Shown one piece after another: positions 11,832-22,521 of a DNA stretch of 64,000 nt (position 1 is its first letter; each line of letters starts with the position of its first letter). Under the pieces are notes generated by a model. The model saw only the letters and a list, made by a program, of their open reading frames with translations. It did no database searches and was not told where the DNA came from. Source of the stretch: Eledone cirrhosa (taxonomy: Eukaryota); contig OZ024740.1 of assembly GCA_964016885.1 (NCBI GenBank), positions 299,646,001 to 299,710,000 on the forward strand, written 5' to 3'. Both the position numbers and the translations under genes were made by a program.

Positions 11832-14800
11832 TTACAGATATATACTCAGAGTCGGCCCATTCACTCGGGCCATTCTTGCTTCTCTCACCCATCTTTCAAC
11901 AAAATGCTGGGAAGAGAGCACTTCCTTCTCTACTCTGATTTTCCTTTTCAAATGAAATTTGAAAAAGTCAATCAGAGCATCACCGAAGAGGTAAGTGCTC
12001 GTCTTCAGCCCTTTCAAACGTGTCCACCATACTATCTCTTTCGCCATGGCCACCAGACAGATAAAAACTGCCTGCCCTTCCCGGCTAAAGGAGGAGGGCG
12101 GGGCAATCCTCACGATAGACTCAGATGATAGCTGGATCCGTCCTAAACGCGACAGCAGGTGTTCGACATAAACCCACAAGTCAGCAATTTTCGGACACTG
12201 GACGAGTGCGTGCAGGACGGTTTCGTCGCCCTGCGCGCATCTCGGACATGCCCGGCTGACGGCACCTCCATGCCTGTAGAGTTTATCCCGAACTGGCAAG
12301 GCTCCTCGGTAGCACTGCCAGGCCAGAGATTTCTGGAAGTTGTCCATAGGCCCTGGCCCGAAGGTTCTTCCGAAGAGATTGGCTAGTTGATTTTCGTCGA
12401 CGCCTAGAGTTTCCCCAAGTACGTCGTCGCTCTTCCCCTCCACTAATCCTCTATAGAACGCCGAGGTGGAGTTTCCACCGATCACATTGCCCGATTGGTC
12501 GAGGGCTGTGAGCGCCTGAAGACATTCCAGTCTCCAGGCGCTCCCTCTCGGTCTTCGCTTGACCCAGGACTGCAGCTCCGTCAAGGAAACGAGCTGGGGA
12601 AAAACGCGTCTAGCAAACGGCGACCACACCTGATCACCGTCGAGGAAGAGGTGGAGATGTCGTAGCCTGAGCGCGTGCCTGCGCATCATCAGCCACGGCA
12701 TGCCCAGCCCTCCACGTAGCGGGTGTTGACAACAGATGGACCGCCTGACCATCGGAGCACGTCCCTTCCACAAAAAGCGAAAGAGCAAACGCTCCAGCGC
12801 AGTCAGGCGAGGCTTAGGACAAGGTACGACGGTTAGGCGGTAGCAGATGACAGACGCGATGTACGCGTTAGCCACCTCCGCTCGACCTTTCAGGGATAGC
12901 TTCCTCTCCGCCCATTTCTGGGTGAGAGAAGCCACCCTGCTCGTCACCTCGTCCCAGTTTTTGTCCGTCTGGAGGTCCGGACCGAACCAGACCCCTAGCA
13001 ATTTAACCGGTCCGTCCGTCCAGCGCCCGACGACGCTGTTGGACGGCATGGACCTGCCTCTCCAGGTGCCGAGCTGCAGGCCCACTGACTTTTCCTGGTT
13101 GATCATTGCTCCTGTCACCGCTTCGTATTCTCTTAGTGTAGTGCCGATCGCCTCGATGTGTTTGGCGTTCGACACCACTACGGTGACATCGTCCGCATAT
13201 GCTGACACGGATCTTCCGCATCCTAGTTCGCGCGGGACTCCCCTCAACGTCTCCAGTTTGTGCAGTAATGGCTCGAGAGTCAATACGTACAAGAGGGACG
13301 AGAGGGGACATCCTTGGCGGACCGAGCGCATGATGTTGAACGGTTCCGACAGGTGACCGTTCACTCTCACCACAGAGCAGATGTCGCTGTGCATGGCAGC
13401 GATCCAGCCTCTGAAGACGGGCCCAAAGCCAGCCGCCCTCAGGACTGCCGCTAGGTAACGATGGTCGACCCTATCGAAAGCTTTCGACTGATCTAAATTG
13501 ATCAAGGACCCACCCGTGCCAGGTTCCCTAGCTACCCTCTCTACGATGTATCGCATGAGGTGGAGGTTGTCGTGGATGGATCTGTCGGGAATGGCGCATG
13601 TCTGCGCCTCTCCCACCAGACCACCAACGACAAGCGCCAACCTCTTTGCTAGCACCTTGGCCAAAATCTTAAACTCTGTGTTTAGCAGAGTTATGGGCCG
13701 GAAATTGTCTATGTTATCCCCCTTGTTCGGATCCTTTCTCAGCAGTGCCACCGCTCCTCGGCTCACAGAACTGGGAATTCTCCCGTTCTGTTGCCAGTTG
13801 CAGTAGACGTCCGCCAAGAGGCCTCCGAACAAGTCTGGCATCTGTACGTAAAGTTCATAGGGCAGACCATCCAAACCAGGCGATTTACCCCTTGTGCAGC
13901 CAGTCATTGCCTCCCTTACTTCAGCGGCTGTTATCGGCTTTTCGCAACACTTCGCCTCAGTGGCCGAGAGCCGCGGCAGTCCGTCGAGGTAGACACTAAA
14001 GTCCATCCCTCTACCCGGCCCCCCGCTGCCCCCGAACAGCTGAGCGAAGTGTCGCTGAAAAGCTTCACACATTTGCCCGGGATCGAGTAGCATGCGCCCG
14101 TCGTGGTCCACCAAAGACCGGATCGTGGCTTTGTTGCCACGACGCGCCTCCGCCACTCGGGCCCATTGAACGGCTTTCGTCCCCTCGTGTCTGAGAGCAC
14201 GCACCCTAGCTCTGACAACGCAGCCTTCGTGCTTTGCATTGAAGAATTGGTCAAGGGCCAATTTCGCCGCAAGCACGTCGGTCGCAATGCCTTTGCTAAG
14301 CGCCTCGTCTAATTTTCTAACTAGTTCTCCCTCTGCTCTATTTTTCTCTATTGTTAAAGCCTTACTAAACCTAATCGATTCTATTCTAATCGCTCTTTTC
14401 AGAGCAAACCACCACTTGTTGTTGACGATGGCCCCCGTCAACGCCCGCTTAACTAGTTCGCTAATCCGGTCTCTGTAGGCCTTGCGCGCTGGTAAGGACG
14501 CGTTTAGCTTCCAGTAGCCGGGTCCTCGTCTATGAAGCCTATCTAAGTCAAGCACACAGATCACGAATTTGTGGTCCGTGTAGCTGACTATCTTGAATTG
14601 TGGACAGCCTATGCTAGACCTATCTATTTCCCTACAAAATACTCTATCTAGATATGATCTGGATGACCCTATGCGGTTTGTCCAAGTCCACATTGGCACA
14701 TTCGGGAAATCCAATCGGTACCTGTCAGACAGTTCAAAACGCCTGAGCAGGTTGGTGAGGCTCTTGCACCCTCCACCCCTATCCGCTAATCCCACACAGT

Positions 14801-15251
14801 CCCAGCGTGCATCTAAGATCCCGTTCCAGTCGCCCACTAACACTAAAGAGCGCGACGTTCCAAGAAAGGTCTCCAGACGCCGGAAGAAATCAGGCCGCCC
14901 TGCTCCTGTCGGGGCATAGACGGCCACTAGCCTGAAAGCTTGCCCGTCTCCGCTGGTCACGTCCAGCACCACCAGCTTACCCTCTGGGTCCAGGAAGATG
15001 GCCCGTATGGCGAGATCCAAACCTCTCCGAAAAAGCACAGCAACTCCTCCACCCGATCCAGGACGGCTGGGAGATGCGTACACATCGTAGCCGCCGAAGA
15101 TCGGTGCGAAGGCCCGTGCTTCGGAGATTCTGGTCTCGCTGATGGCCACTACATCTATGTTTAGTGACCTGAGGTCGTTGAGCAGGTGACCCTGCTTCCA
15201 TGACGACCCCAAGCCACGCGCATTTATGCTGCCTATTCTGAGTGAGGTCAT
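11832..15251 (-). CDS. Tx1 ORF2 (1139 aa): APE endonuclease, reverse transcriptase, C-terminal Zn knuckle
   Basis: APE motifs (SINARG, SET, VYAP, GDWN, YLDR, TDH), RT motifs (FRPITLLN, LDQSKAFD, RQGCPLS, YADD) and CPRC..ETVLHALVQC. Confidence 0.96.
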   Translation of the reverse strand: MTSLRIGSINARGLGSSWKQGHLLNDLRSLNIDVVAISETRISEARAFAPIFGGYDVYASPSRPGSGGGVAVLFRRGLDLAIRAIFLDPEGKLVVLDVTSGDGQAFRLVAVYAPTGAGRPDFFRRLETFLGTSRSLVLVGDWNGILDARWDCVGLADRGGGCKSLTNLLRRFELSDRYRLDFPNVPMWTWTNRIGSSRSYLDRVFCREIDRSSIGCPQFKIVSYTDHKFVICVLDLDRLHRRGPGYWKLNASLPARKAYRDRISELVKRALTGAIVNNKWWFALKRAIRIESIRFSKALTIEKNRAEGELVRKLDEALSKGIATDVLAAKLALDQFFNAKHEGCVVRARVRALRHEGTKAVQWARVAEARRGNKATIRSLVDHDGRMLLDPGQMCEAFQRHFAQLFGGSGGPGRGMDFSVYLDGLPRLSATEAKCCEKPITAAEVREAMTGCTRGKSPGLDGLPYELYVQMPDLFGGLLADVYCNWQQNGRIPSSVSRGAVALLRKDPNKGDNIDNFRPITLLNTEFKILAKVLAKRLALVVGGLVGEAQTCAIPDRSIHDNLHLMRYIVERVAREPGTGGSLINLDQSKAFDRVDHRYLAAVLRAAGFGPVFRGWIAAMHSDICSVVRVNGHLSEPFNIMRSVRQGCPLSSLLYVLTLEPLLHKLETLRGVPRELGCGRSVSAYADDVTVVVSNAKHIEAIGTTLREYEAVTGAMINQEKSVGLQLGTWRGRSMPSNSVVGRWTDGPVKLLGVWFGPDLQTDKNWDEVTSRVASLTQKWAERKLSLKGRAEVANAYIASVICYRLTVVPCPKPRLTALERLLFRFLWKGRAPMVRRSICCQHPLRGGLGMPWLMMRRHALRLRHLHLFLDGDQVWSPFARRVFPQLVSLTELQSWVKRRPRGSAWRLECLQALTALDQSGNVIGGNSTSAFYRGLVEGKSDDVLGETLGVDENQLANLFGRTFGPGPMDNFQKSLAWQCYRGALPVRDKLYRHGGAVSRACPRCAQGDETVLHALVQCPKIADLWVYVEHLLSRLGRIQLSSESIVRIAPPSSFSREGQAVFICLVAMAKEIVWWTRLKGLKTSTYLFGDALIDFFKFHLKRKIRVEKEVLSSQHFVERWVREARMARVNGPTLSIYL

Positions 15252-15286
15252 GTTTAAAATAGAGTGGAAAAGATGGGAAAGACCAC

Positions 15287-17428
15287 TTACCGTATTTTTG
15301 GTAGAGGAGGGATGGTTTTTACATCCCTTTTCACTTGATCGTCTGGTGAAGGGACCGTTGAATCGTCCCTTCGGCTGGTCGTCGGCTCTTCTAAGAGAAT
15401 GTCTGAATATACTCTTCGATTAATGGTTCCTCCTAGGTCCCTGAAATCACCAACTGCGTTGGGGAATTTCGTTTTAATGTTTGTGTATTGTTTCTGTGCT
15501 ATTTTTAGCAGTCTTATGTTAGTTGGCGTTTTGATTGGTGCTGGTATTATGTAGTCCTGTTGTGAAATGTCTGTGTGTTCAATTATGTAAGTCATTAGTT
15601 TCTTGTTGTGTGTGTTTATTGCCGTGCATTTGTTTTTCTGGGGGTGGGGTGTGGTTCTGCTATTTTCTTGTCGTTGTTGCTGGGTGTGTGTGTTTTGTTG
15701 TTGTGTTTGCGATGTTGGTGCTTGTGGTGGTGGTGTTGAAGGTGTTGTTGGCGGTGGGGTTGTCGCCGGTGGTGATGGTGGTGCTGGTGTGGGTGGTGAT
15801 GGTGTTGGTGGTGTTGCTGCTGTGGGTCTCTTTGCAGTAGACTTTACCCTTTTCTCATTTCTTTCCTCCCTTTTCAAAGGCGACGATGCGCTGCTTCTGC
15901 GTTTGTGCCTTCTTGAGACCTTTTGCCATCCCTCTCCCACCTCACACTCCATGTCTGATTCTGTAAGGTCGGGGAGGGGTACCAGCTCCACTCTTTCACT
16001 TGTTGTTGTTGGTGATGTTTGCACTGGAGTCTCTGTTGCAGCTGCATTTGGTGTTGCTGTTGTTGTTGTTAATATTTCCACTGCTGCTGCTGTCTTTGAT
16101 TTCCGTGGAGTGGGTATGGGTGCCACGGACCTATCGTTCCTGGTTGCCGCTTGTCCTGTTGCTGGTAGCCGTGGAACCGGATTCGGGAGGAGGGGGGTTT
16201 TCTCCTTTCTCAGGGTCTTCTCGTTGCAGAAGGCCCTGAGGTGAGTCTTCGATCCACAGCGAAAGCATTTCGGGCGTTTGCCCTCAACACTTATGGGCAG
16301 TTGAGTGCCGTTATCGAAGTCTATCACATCCGGGATAGCTTCGATGCACTCCTGGTTGGTTTGGATTAGCATCTCAATGGAGGAGCCGACCCAATCTTCT
16401 CTTACTTTTTTCTGTACTTGCAGTACAGTTGTTTTGTCCTCGATTCCGACGAGGACAGACGCGGCCAGCCAAGAAGGGGTCATTCCGGGGGGGACGTGGG
16501 TCAGTTTGACCCTCACAATTTTTTGCCCGCAGTAGGAGGGCACCAACACCATTTCCTCGCTCCTTAGGGTCACTACTGATTGGGCCTTTGCCTCCTGGGG
16601 TGTGGCAAAAAGTACGTCTACGGTGGCGTATTTTTTGCCTCGGGTGATGTGCGTTTTCCTCTGCCACACAGACCCCAAGGCTTTTTGTATTTGGGCCTCT
16701 GTGGCTCTTTCCACCCTACGGGATTTTGTACTTACTGTACGGTACGTGACCGTACAGTGCTCTTGGGTTTCGAAAAAATTTTTCGCTGCCTTGCAGATTG
16801 CTCGGTGTCCGTTCTTTGTCACCATCTTCTTCGCTTCCTCTAATTCCTCATTTGTTATGAGGATTGTTTCCAGGTTTTTCGCAATACCTGCAAATGAGAT
16901 TGGTTTTTCTCTGCTGTTGTTGTTGTCGTCAGAGCTGCTGGTACTTTTGTTGTTGCTGCAGGTACTACGACTACTGCCTCCGCCGCTGTTGCTGTGGTTG
17001 TTGTTGGTGTTGCTGCTGCTAATGCTGTTGTTGTTTATGCTGCTGGTGATGCTGTTGCGGCTGCTACTGTTGTTTTCATTGTCACTGTTGCTGTTGTTAT
17101 TACGGCTGCTACTGCTATTATTCCTGACGTCAGACGAATGAACTGGGTTTTCGTATTTCCCGCACACCTGTTTCGTCGCTGTCGTCGTCGTCGTGGAGAA
17201 ACCTTGCACGCTTTGCACGAGACTTTTCTTTTCTTTCGTCGCTTGCGAAAGAGAAGGTAGGGAGAGAGACACATTTAAAGAAGGGAGGGAGAGAGACAAT
17301 CTTCTCTCTCCTGTAGTGATGATTGAGGAAGAAGAAGACGGAATGAGTGGGAGTGACGTATGAAATTTTTTTTTTTTTGGTAGCCATGTTTTTTTGTTTA
17401 AAATGAAATTTTGGGTACAAAACCCCAA
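15287..17428 (-). CDS. Tx1 ORF1, gag-like nucleic-acid-binding protein (start uncertain)
   Basis: Long ORF directly upstream of ORF2 with a CX2CX4HX4C knuckle (CFRCGSKTHLRAFC), an Asn/Ser-rich N-terminus and a Pro/Thr-rich C-terminus. Confidence 0.85.
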   Translation of the reverse strand: MGFCTQNFILNKKTWLPKKKKFHTSLPLIPSSSSSIITTGERRLSLSLPSLNVSLSLPSLSQATKEKKSLVQSVQGFSTTTTTATKQVCGKYENPVHSSDVRNNSSSSRNNNSNSDNENNSSSRNSITSSINNNSISSSNTNNNHSNSGGGSSRSTCSNNKSTSSSDDNNNSREKPISFAGIAKNLETILITNEELEEAKKMVTKNGHRAICKAAKNFFETQEHCTVTYRTVSTKSRRVERATEAQIQKALGSVWQRKTHITRGKKYATVDVLFATPQEAKAQSVVTLRSEEMVLVPSYCGQKIVRVKLTHVPPGMTPSWLAASVLVGIEDKTTVLQVQKKVREDWVGSSIEMLIQTNQECIEAIPDVIDFDNGTQLPISVEGKRPKCFRCGSKTHLRAFCNEKTLRKEKTPLLPNPVPRLPATGQAATRNDRSVAPIPTPRKSKTAAAVEILTTTTATPNAAATETPVQTSPTTTSERVELVPLPDLTESDMECEVGEGWQKVSRRHKRRSSASSPLKREERNEKRVKSTAKRPTAATPPTPSPPTPAPPSPPATTPPPTTPSTPPPQAPTSQTQQQNTHTQQQRQENSRTTPHPQKNKCTAINTHNKKLMTYIIEHTDISQQDYIIPAPIKTPTNIRLLKIAQKQYTNIKTKFPNAVGDFRDLGGTINRRVYSDILLEEPTTSRRDDSTVPSPDDQVKRDVKTIPPLPKIR

Positions 17429-18434
17429 TAACTGGCTATTTAACCCCGAAGGGCCAAATAACGGACAGAAAGACCCCTCTCACGAGGAGGAGGGTGTCTT
17501 TATCAACAATTTGGTTCAAGTTTTAAACAATTTACAATTGTTTTAACGGTTAAAAATTACTATACCTTACAGAGCCGAGCCTCCGTCAACCATGGCATTC
17601 AATAATAATAATAATAATAATAATAATAAGGGAAGAAGACGCACGAGGTGGTAGAACGTCACGAAATTGCTCCCGTAAGTTTTTTGATTTTTAACATATT
17701 TAAATCAATTGTGAAAGAACAATTCTTAGCACAAATGTTGCATAAAGGCACCGAATGAGGTCCCATAAAGTTTCGGATCCATATTATATTGTTGTATCGC
17801 TCAAATATTCAATTTTGTATTATATATTTTGTATTCAAAAAAAGAAAATGGTTATAAATGGAACAAAACACCCTCTGTCTACACTATATAGAACAGCGGC
17901 AATTTCAATTTCACCAACACCAGAAACTTGATACACTACCTATCCCATCACACTAAATATAACGGCAACTTCACCGGCATCATAATAATAATTACTATTA
18001 TTATTGTCTCAAATTTTAAAAAATGTTTAATTCAAATTTTACGGGAATATGTCAACACAAAATATAATGAAAATATATATTAAACATACGAACACAAACT
18101 CATAGATACTATATCAGTAACCACAACACCTCCGCTGCCACCACCCCACCACATCCATCATCGCCGCCACCACTCATTCAATGCTACTGACACTATTCCC
18201 CTGTTAACTTGAGAGAGAAAAGGGAAGGTGGTGGTAGCACTAGACAAGAGAGAGGCTAGCAAAAGATATAAATAGATTGACTTGGTGACCTTGCACGGAC
18301 AAACGTCTACATCAACAATTATGGGACTGCTGGCTCACCCCTTCCTCACCAACAATATAAAAAGCCCCGGCACCACCACCGACATAGCCAGCAGCAATAA
18401 CAGCCAACTACAACAAAAAGTATATTATATTATT

Positions 18435-18485
18435 GTAATGCACTGGGTGATTGCTGGCCTTGTGCCTGGAGTGGAGACAATTATT
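18435..18485 (+). mobile_element. 3' tail fragment of the Meta-like SINE
   Basis: gtaatgcactgggtgattgctggccttgtgcctggagtggagacaattatt matches the SINE 3' end. Confidence 0.65.
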
Positions 18486-18569
18486 AATAATTTCATTCTT
18501 AAGCCACGCAATGCTCACATTAAGGAACCACTCATGATAATAACAATTTAAAAAAAACAAAAAAAAGAA

Positions 18570-21500
18570 AACCCCGTGACCAAGAAATACCGGGATGGCG
18601 GCCGGCGGGGAATAGCCATGTCTCTAGGGGAGAACGACCCCTCTAGTCTTGGTTGACACTCGTTCTAGAAGTGGTAACACGAAAAGATTACCCCTTGGCG
18701 GATAAGGATAAAACGCGACAAAATAAAGTAGATGTCTAATGATGAAATCTCATACCGGATCGGCCGTCACCCGGGTAAAAAAGGGCCGCGTCCCTCAGAG
18801 AGGAATCAGACTGGGGTCGAAAAATCAGCTAATGGTTCAAACCTTCCCATCACTTCGGAGCTGGAGACCTCCCATAACCGGAATACTCCTACTGTTGGCC
18901 CTCCATGCTCACCACCAAGAAATCCAAAGAAAAAGAGAGAAAAATGGTCAAGGGAAGAAGAGGCTTTCTACACTGCCATGTACTACCCATCAAATACATC
19001 GAATACAGAGCAAACATATATCAACTGGAAAAAGAACCATCCCGAAAACAGAGGCTATATTGACAGTAACAAACTAGCCAATATACGAAGAAATATTGTA
19101 AGAAAAAAGTTACTAACTGATATAGAAATTGATCAGATCAAGCTAGTAGCACAAAGTCAGCGAAGGGAAAATGAAGCATGTGTCAGTGAAAACGAGGTAA
19201 ACTGTAACACTTCGAATCCCAGAGTTGGGGCGGAATCACTGGCAACAGAACAATTTAAAGAAAGGAGCGAAAAAGTGGAGGGAGTGCATGCTCAGGATGA
19301 AACTCCAAATGAAAATAATGAGATCGTAAATGATAAAGAAATGAATGAGAATGAACTTGCCAACTTGAAGGATGAAATTATGATCGAATGGATGAAAATG
19401 AAAGAATCTGACATGGGGGAACGAGACACCCTCCCTAAGATCCAGAACTCCAAACAGAACCAAAAGATAATACACAAGACTAACATAATTCTCAAAAACA
19501 TTATCATCACAAACAAACTAAACATTACTGACTTAAATCATCTCTATTATGCATCGGCTAAAGTCACCACTCACTTATGTGGAGTGAAGATGAAAAAACA
19601 AAGGAATTCCCACAAGAAATCTACTTGGCAAGATAACATCAATCGCCAAATAAACCTTCTCCGATCTGACATAGAAATTTTAACAAACTATAAAGTAGGT
19701 GAACATGTTAAACAAACTAAACTTAGAAAATTGAAAAAAAAGTACAGTATAAGATCAACATGTGACATAGACATGCTGATAGAAACAATCAAGCAAAAAG
19801 TGTCGGCCAAAGCTGCTCGTATAAGGCGCTTTGAAAAACGATCTAGATTCTATAAGGACAATAATATGTTCAAAAACAACCAAAGAAACTTCTACAGAAA
19901 AATTGGTAAGTCAACAATAACTGCTAAATCAATACCACCCAAGGAGGAAGTGCAAGAATTCTGGGAAAAGATCTGGGCCGAAGAAAAAGTTCATAACATA
20001 CATGCCCCATGGATAGACAGACAAATGAAAGAAACAGCTCACCTTGAAGAACAAACATGGGAAAATATAACAGTTGAACAGCTGCGCTTGGCTCTAAGAA
20101 AAACCAGCAAATGGAAATCCCCAGGAAAAGACAAAATACAAAACTTTTGGATAAATGCCTTCACAGAGTCTCATGAGCTGTTAGCCCAACTTTACAATGA
20201 AATAGTTAAGGAGCCAGAAAAGATACCATCATGGCTAGTTAACGGCATTACATTCCTGCTACCGAAGAATGATGAGACAAACAATACCAAAAATTACAGA
20301 CCGATAACCTGCTTGACCACAATGTATAAAATTTTAACATCAGTCCTAACTGAATACACATATGACCACCTGATAACAAATGACCTATTTCCCATTGAGC
20401 AGAAAGGGTGTAAACGAGGCTCATATGGCTGTAAGGATCAGCTTCTGGTTAACAAAATGATACTGGAAGATTGTCATAATAGACACAAAAATCTATCGAT
20501 TGCTTGGATAGATTATAAAAAAGCATTTGATAGTTTGCCACACAGTTGGATTGAAAAATGTTTAGAGATTTTCAAAATATCCCCCGTTATCAGGAGGTTT
20601 TTGTCATTCAGTATGAGGACATGGAGAACGACACTCCTTTTGAATAGTGAAACAAAATCACTGGAAGCTGGAGAAGTTAACATTAATTGTGGAATTTTTC
20701 AGGGTGACTCTTTATCACCGCTTTTATTCTGCATCGCACTTATACCATTAAGTAAAATGCTCAATGAAACAAAACATGGATATAGAGTCTATGACAAAAC
20801 CATTAATCACCTGTTCTACATGGATGACCTGAAACTATTTGCAAAAAATGATGAACAATTGCAAGGGCTATTATCCACTGTGAGGCAGTTCAGTGATGAC
20901 ATTAAAATGGAGTTTGGACTGGATAAATGCGCCAAAGCAACGTTCACCAGAGGAAAGCTGCTGAAGAGTTCAGACATTAATCTTGATCGGGGGAACGTGA
21001 TAAGAGAGCTTGATCAAGAACAAACTTACAAATATCTAGGTGTTTGTGAAGAAGACGGAATCAAGCACTCGACAATGAGGGAAAGGATAAGGAAGGAATG
21101 TTACCGCAGAGTCAGAGCAATCTTAAGAACGGAATTGAATGCAAGGAATAGGATCGATGCCATAAACACGCTTGCCATACCAGTAGTAACCTACAGTTAC
21201 AATGTCATCAACTGGTCAAGCACAGAGATCCGTAGGCTCGATACAAAAATCTGAAAATTCTTAACCATGCACAGAATGCATCACCCTAAGGCAGACATAG
21301 ATAGAATATATCTCCCTAGGAAAGAAGGAGGACGTGGGTTAATCCAGTTAGACATTGCGTTGAAAACTGCAACAATTGGATTATCCACATATCTAAGGGA
21401 ATCACATGATTGGATGATCAAACTCGTTTTGAAACACGAAAGCACCAAAAGATCATATTCCATTACAAAAGATGCACAAAGATACAGTAATGGACTACAA

Positions 21501-22521
21501 ATTTCAGAAGTCCCATTTACTGCTGAAATGGAAAACACAGAAAAAGCAAAGCAGGTAAAAGTAACTGCAAAGAAAGAACTGCTACAGAAACTGGCTAAGA
21601 AATGGCAAGAAAAGCCTCTGTATGGAAAATACCCAGAGCGAGCTAACAATCCTGATGTTGACAAAACTTTAACCCATCAGTGGTTGGCATCCTCTGGACT
21701 GAAATCGGAGACTGAAGGACTGATTATATCCGCACAAGATCAGTGTCTGCCAACAAAAAATTACCAAGCCAACATAATAAAAAATGGGTGCAGCCCATTA
21801 TGCCGTGTATGCAAAAAAAACCAGAGACCATTGACCATATAATTTCAATGTGCAGTCCTATAGCTCCAACCGAATACCTAAACAGGCATGACAGAGCTGC
21901 ACAATACATACATTGGATAATATGTAGGCATTTTGACCTGCCCCATCAAAAGAATTGGTGGGAGCATCAACCACCTCCCATACTTGAAAAAGATCACATC
22001 TCAATCTTGTGGAACTTTAGCATCCAAACAGACCGAAAAATAGATGCAAATAGACCTGATATAATATTGAAGGACTTTCAAAGGAGGGTATGCCTGCTAA
22101 TTGATATGTCTGTTCCAATAGACAAGAATGTATCTATAAAAACATTTGAAAAATTGAGCAAGTATAAGGACCTGGAGATAGAAATTGGAAAAATGTGGAA
22201 ATTGAGAACTAAAACAATACCAGTGGTTGTAGGCGCTCTGGGAATGATACCTAAGGGGTCTAACGACTACTTATCGCAAATCCCAGGAAACCCGCGTATA
22301 GGAGAAATACAAAAGATAGTACTAATGGGAACTGCCCATATACTAAGGAAGATCCTGTCAATATAAGTACATCACAAGTCTAAACACTAAGGATGCATGT
22401 GTGAATATGTGTGTTCTTTCTTGAACATGGCGGACCTTGTTGTCTCTTGAGGTCACTGGTTGTGACTTGGTGATAACTCGTATAAACATAAAGCAAGATA
22501 AATGCAAATAATAATAATAAT
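18570..22521 (+). mobile_element. Near full-length R4/Dong-like RLE non-LTR retrotransposon (lineage A) with (TAA)n tail
   Basis: Single long ORF architecture (RT, CCHC, restriction-like endonuclease); 3'UTR ends in (ATA)n at 22507-22521. The 5' boundary is approximate. Confidence 0.9.
18732..22366 (+). pseudogene. R4/Dong-like polyprotein, lineage A; one nonsense codon (21252-21254) and one frameshift (~21815)
   Basis: YRPITCL, EQKGC, DYKKAFD, GIFQGDSLSP, YMDD, CRVC..ETIDHIISMC, RHD, RPD, KLSKY. The TGA sits where an Arg codon is expected; the frameshift lies in an A8 run. Confidence 0.9.

Larger units (their letters stand above)
11570..17600 (-). mobile_element. Full-length L1/Tx1-clade retrotransposon with intact ORFs (copy B), inside (AAT)n
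   Basis: Uninterrupted ORF1 and ORF2; 3'UTR ends AATAAAgaaatc(ATT)n; (AAT)n at 11519-11569 and 17601-17629. Confidence 0.96.

Noticed and set aside
17435-17503. HDV-like ribozyme suggested by cctcctcgtg in the Tx1 5'UTR
   Set aside because: Could not build the P1/P1.1/P2 double pseudoknot (no GG after the putative P1 3' strand); it folds better as a simple hairpin.
17630-18430. Unassigned segment inside the (AAT)n nest, possibly a DNA-transposon remnant
   Set aside because: No TIR pair, ORF or second copy in the window to support a call.
21252-21254. In-frame TGA in R4 lineage A as selenocysteine or programmed readthrough
   Set aside because: It aligns to an Arg position (lineage B has DRKTRKLL); CGA-to-TGA CpG decay is the simpler explanation.
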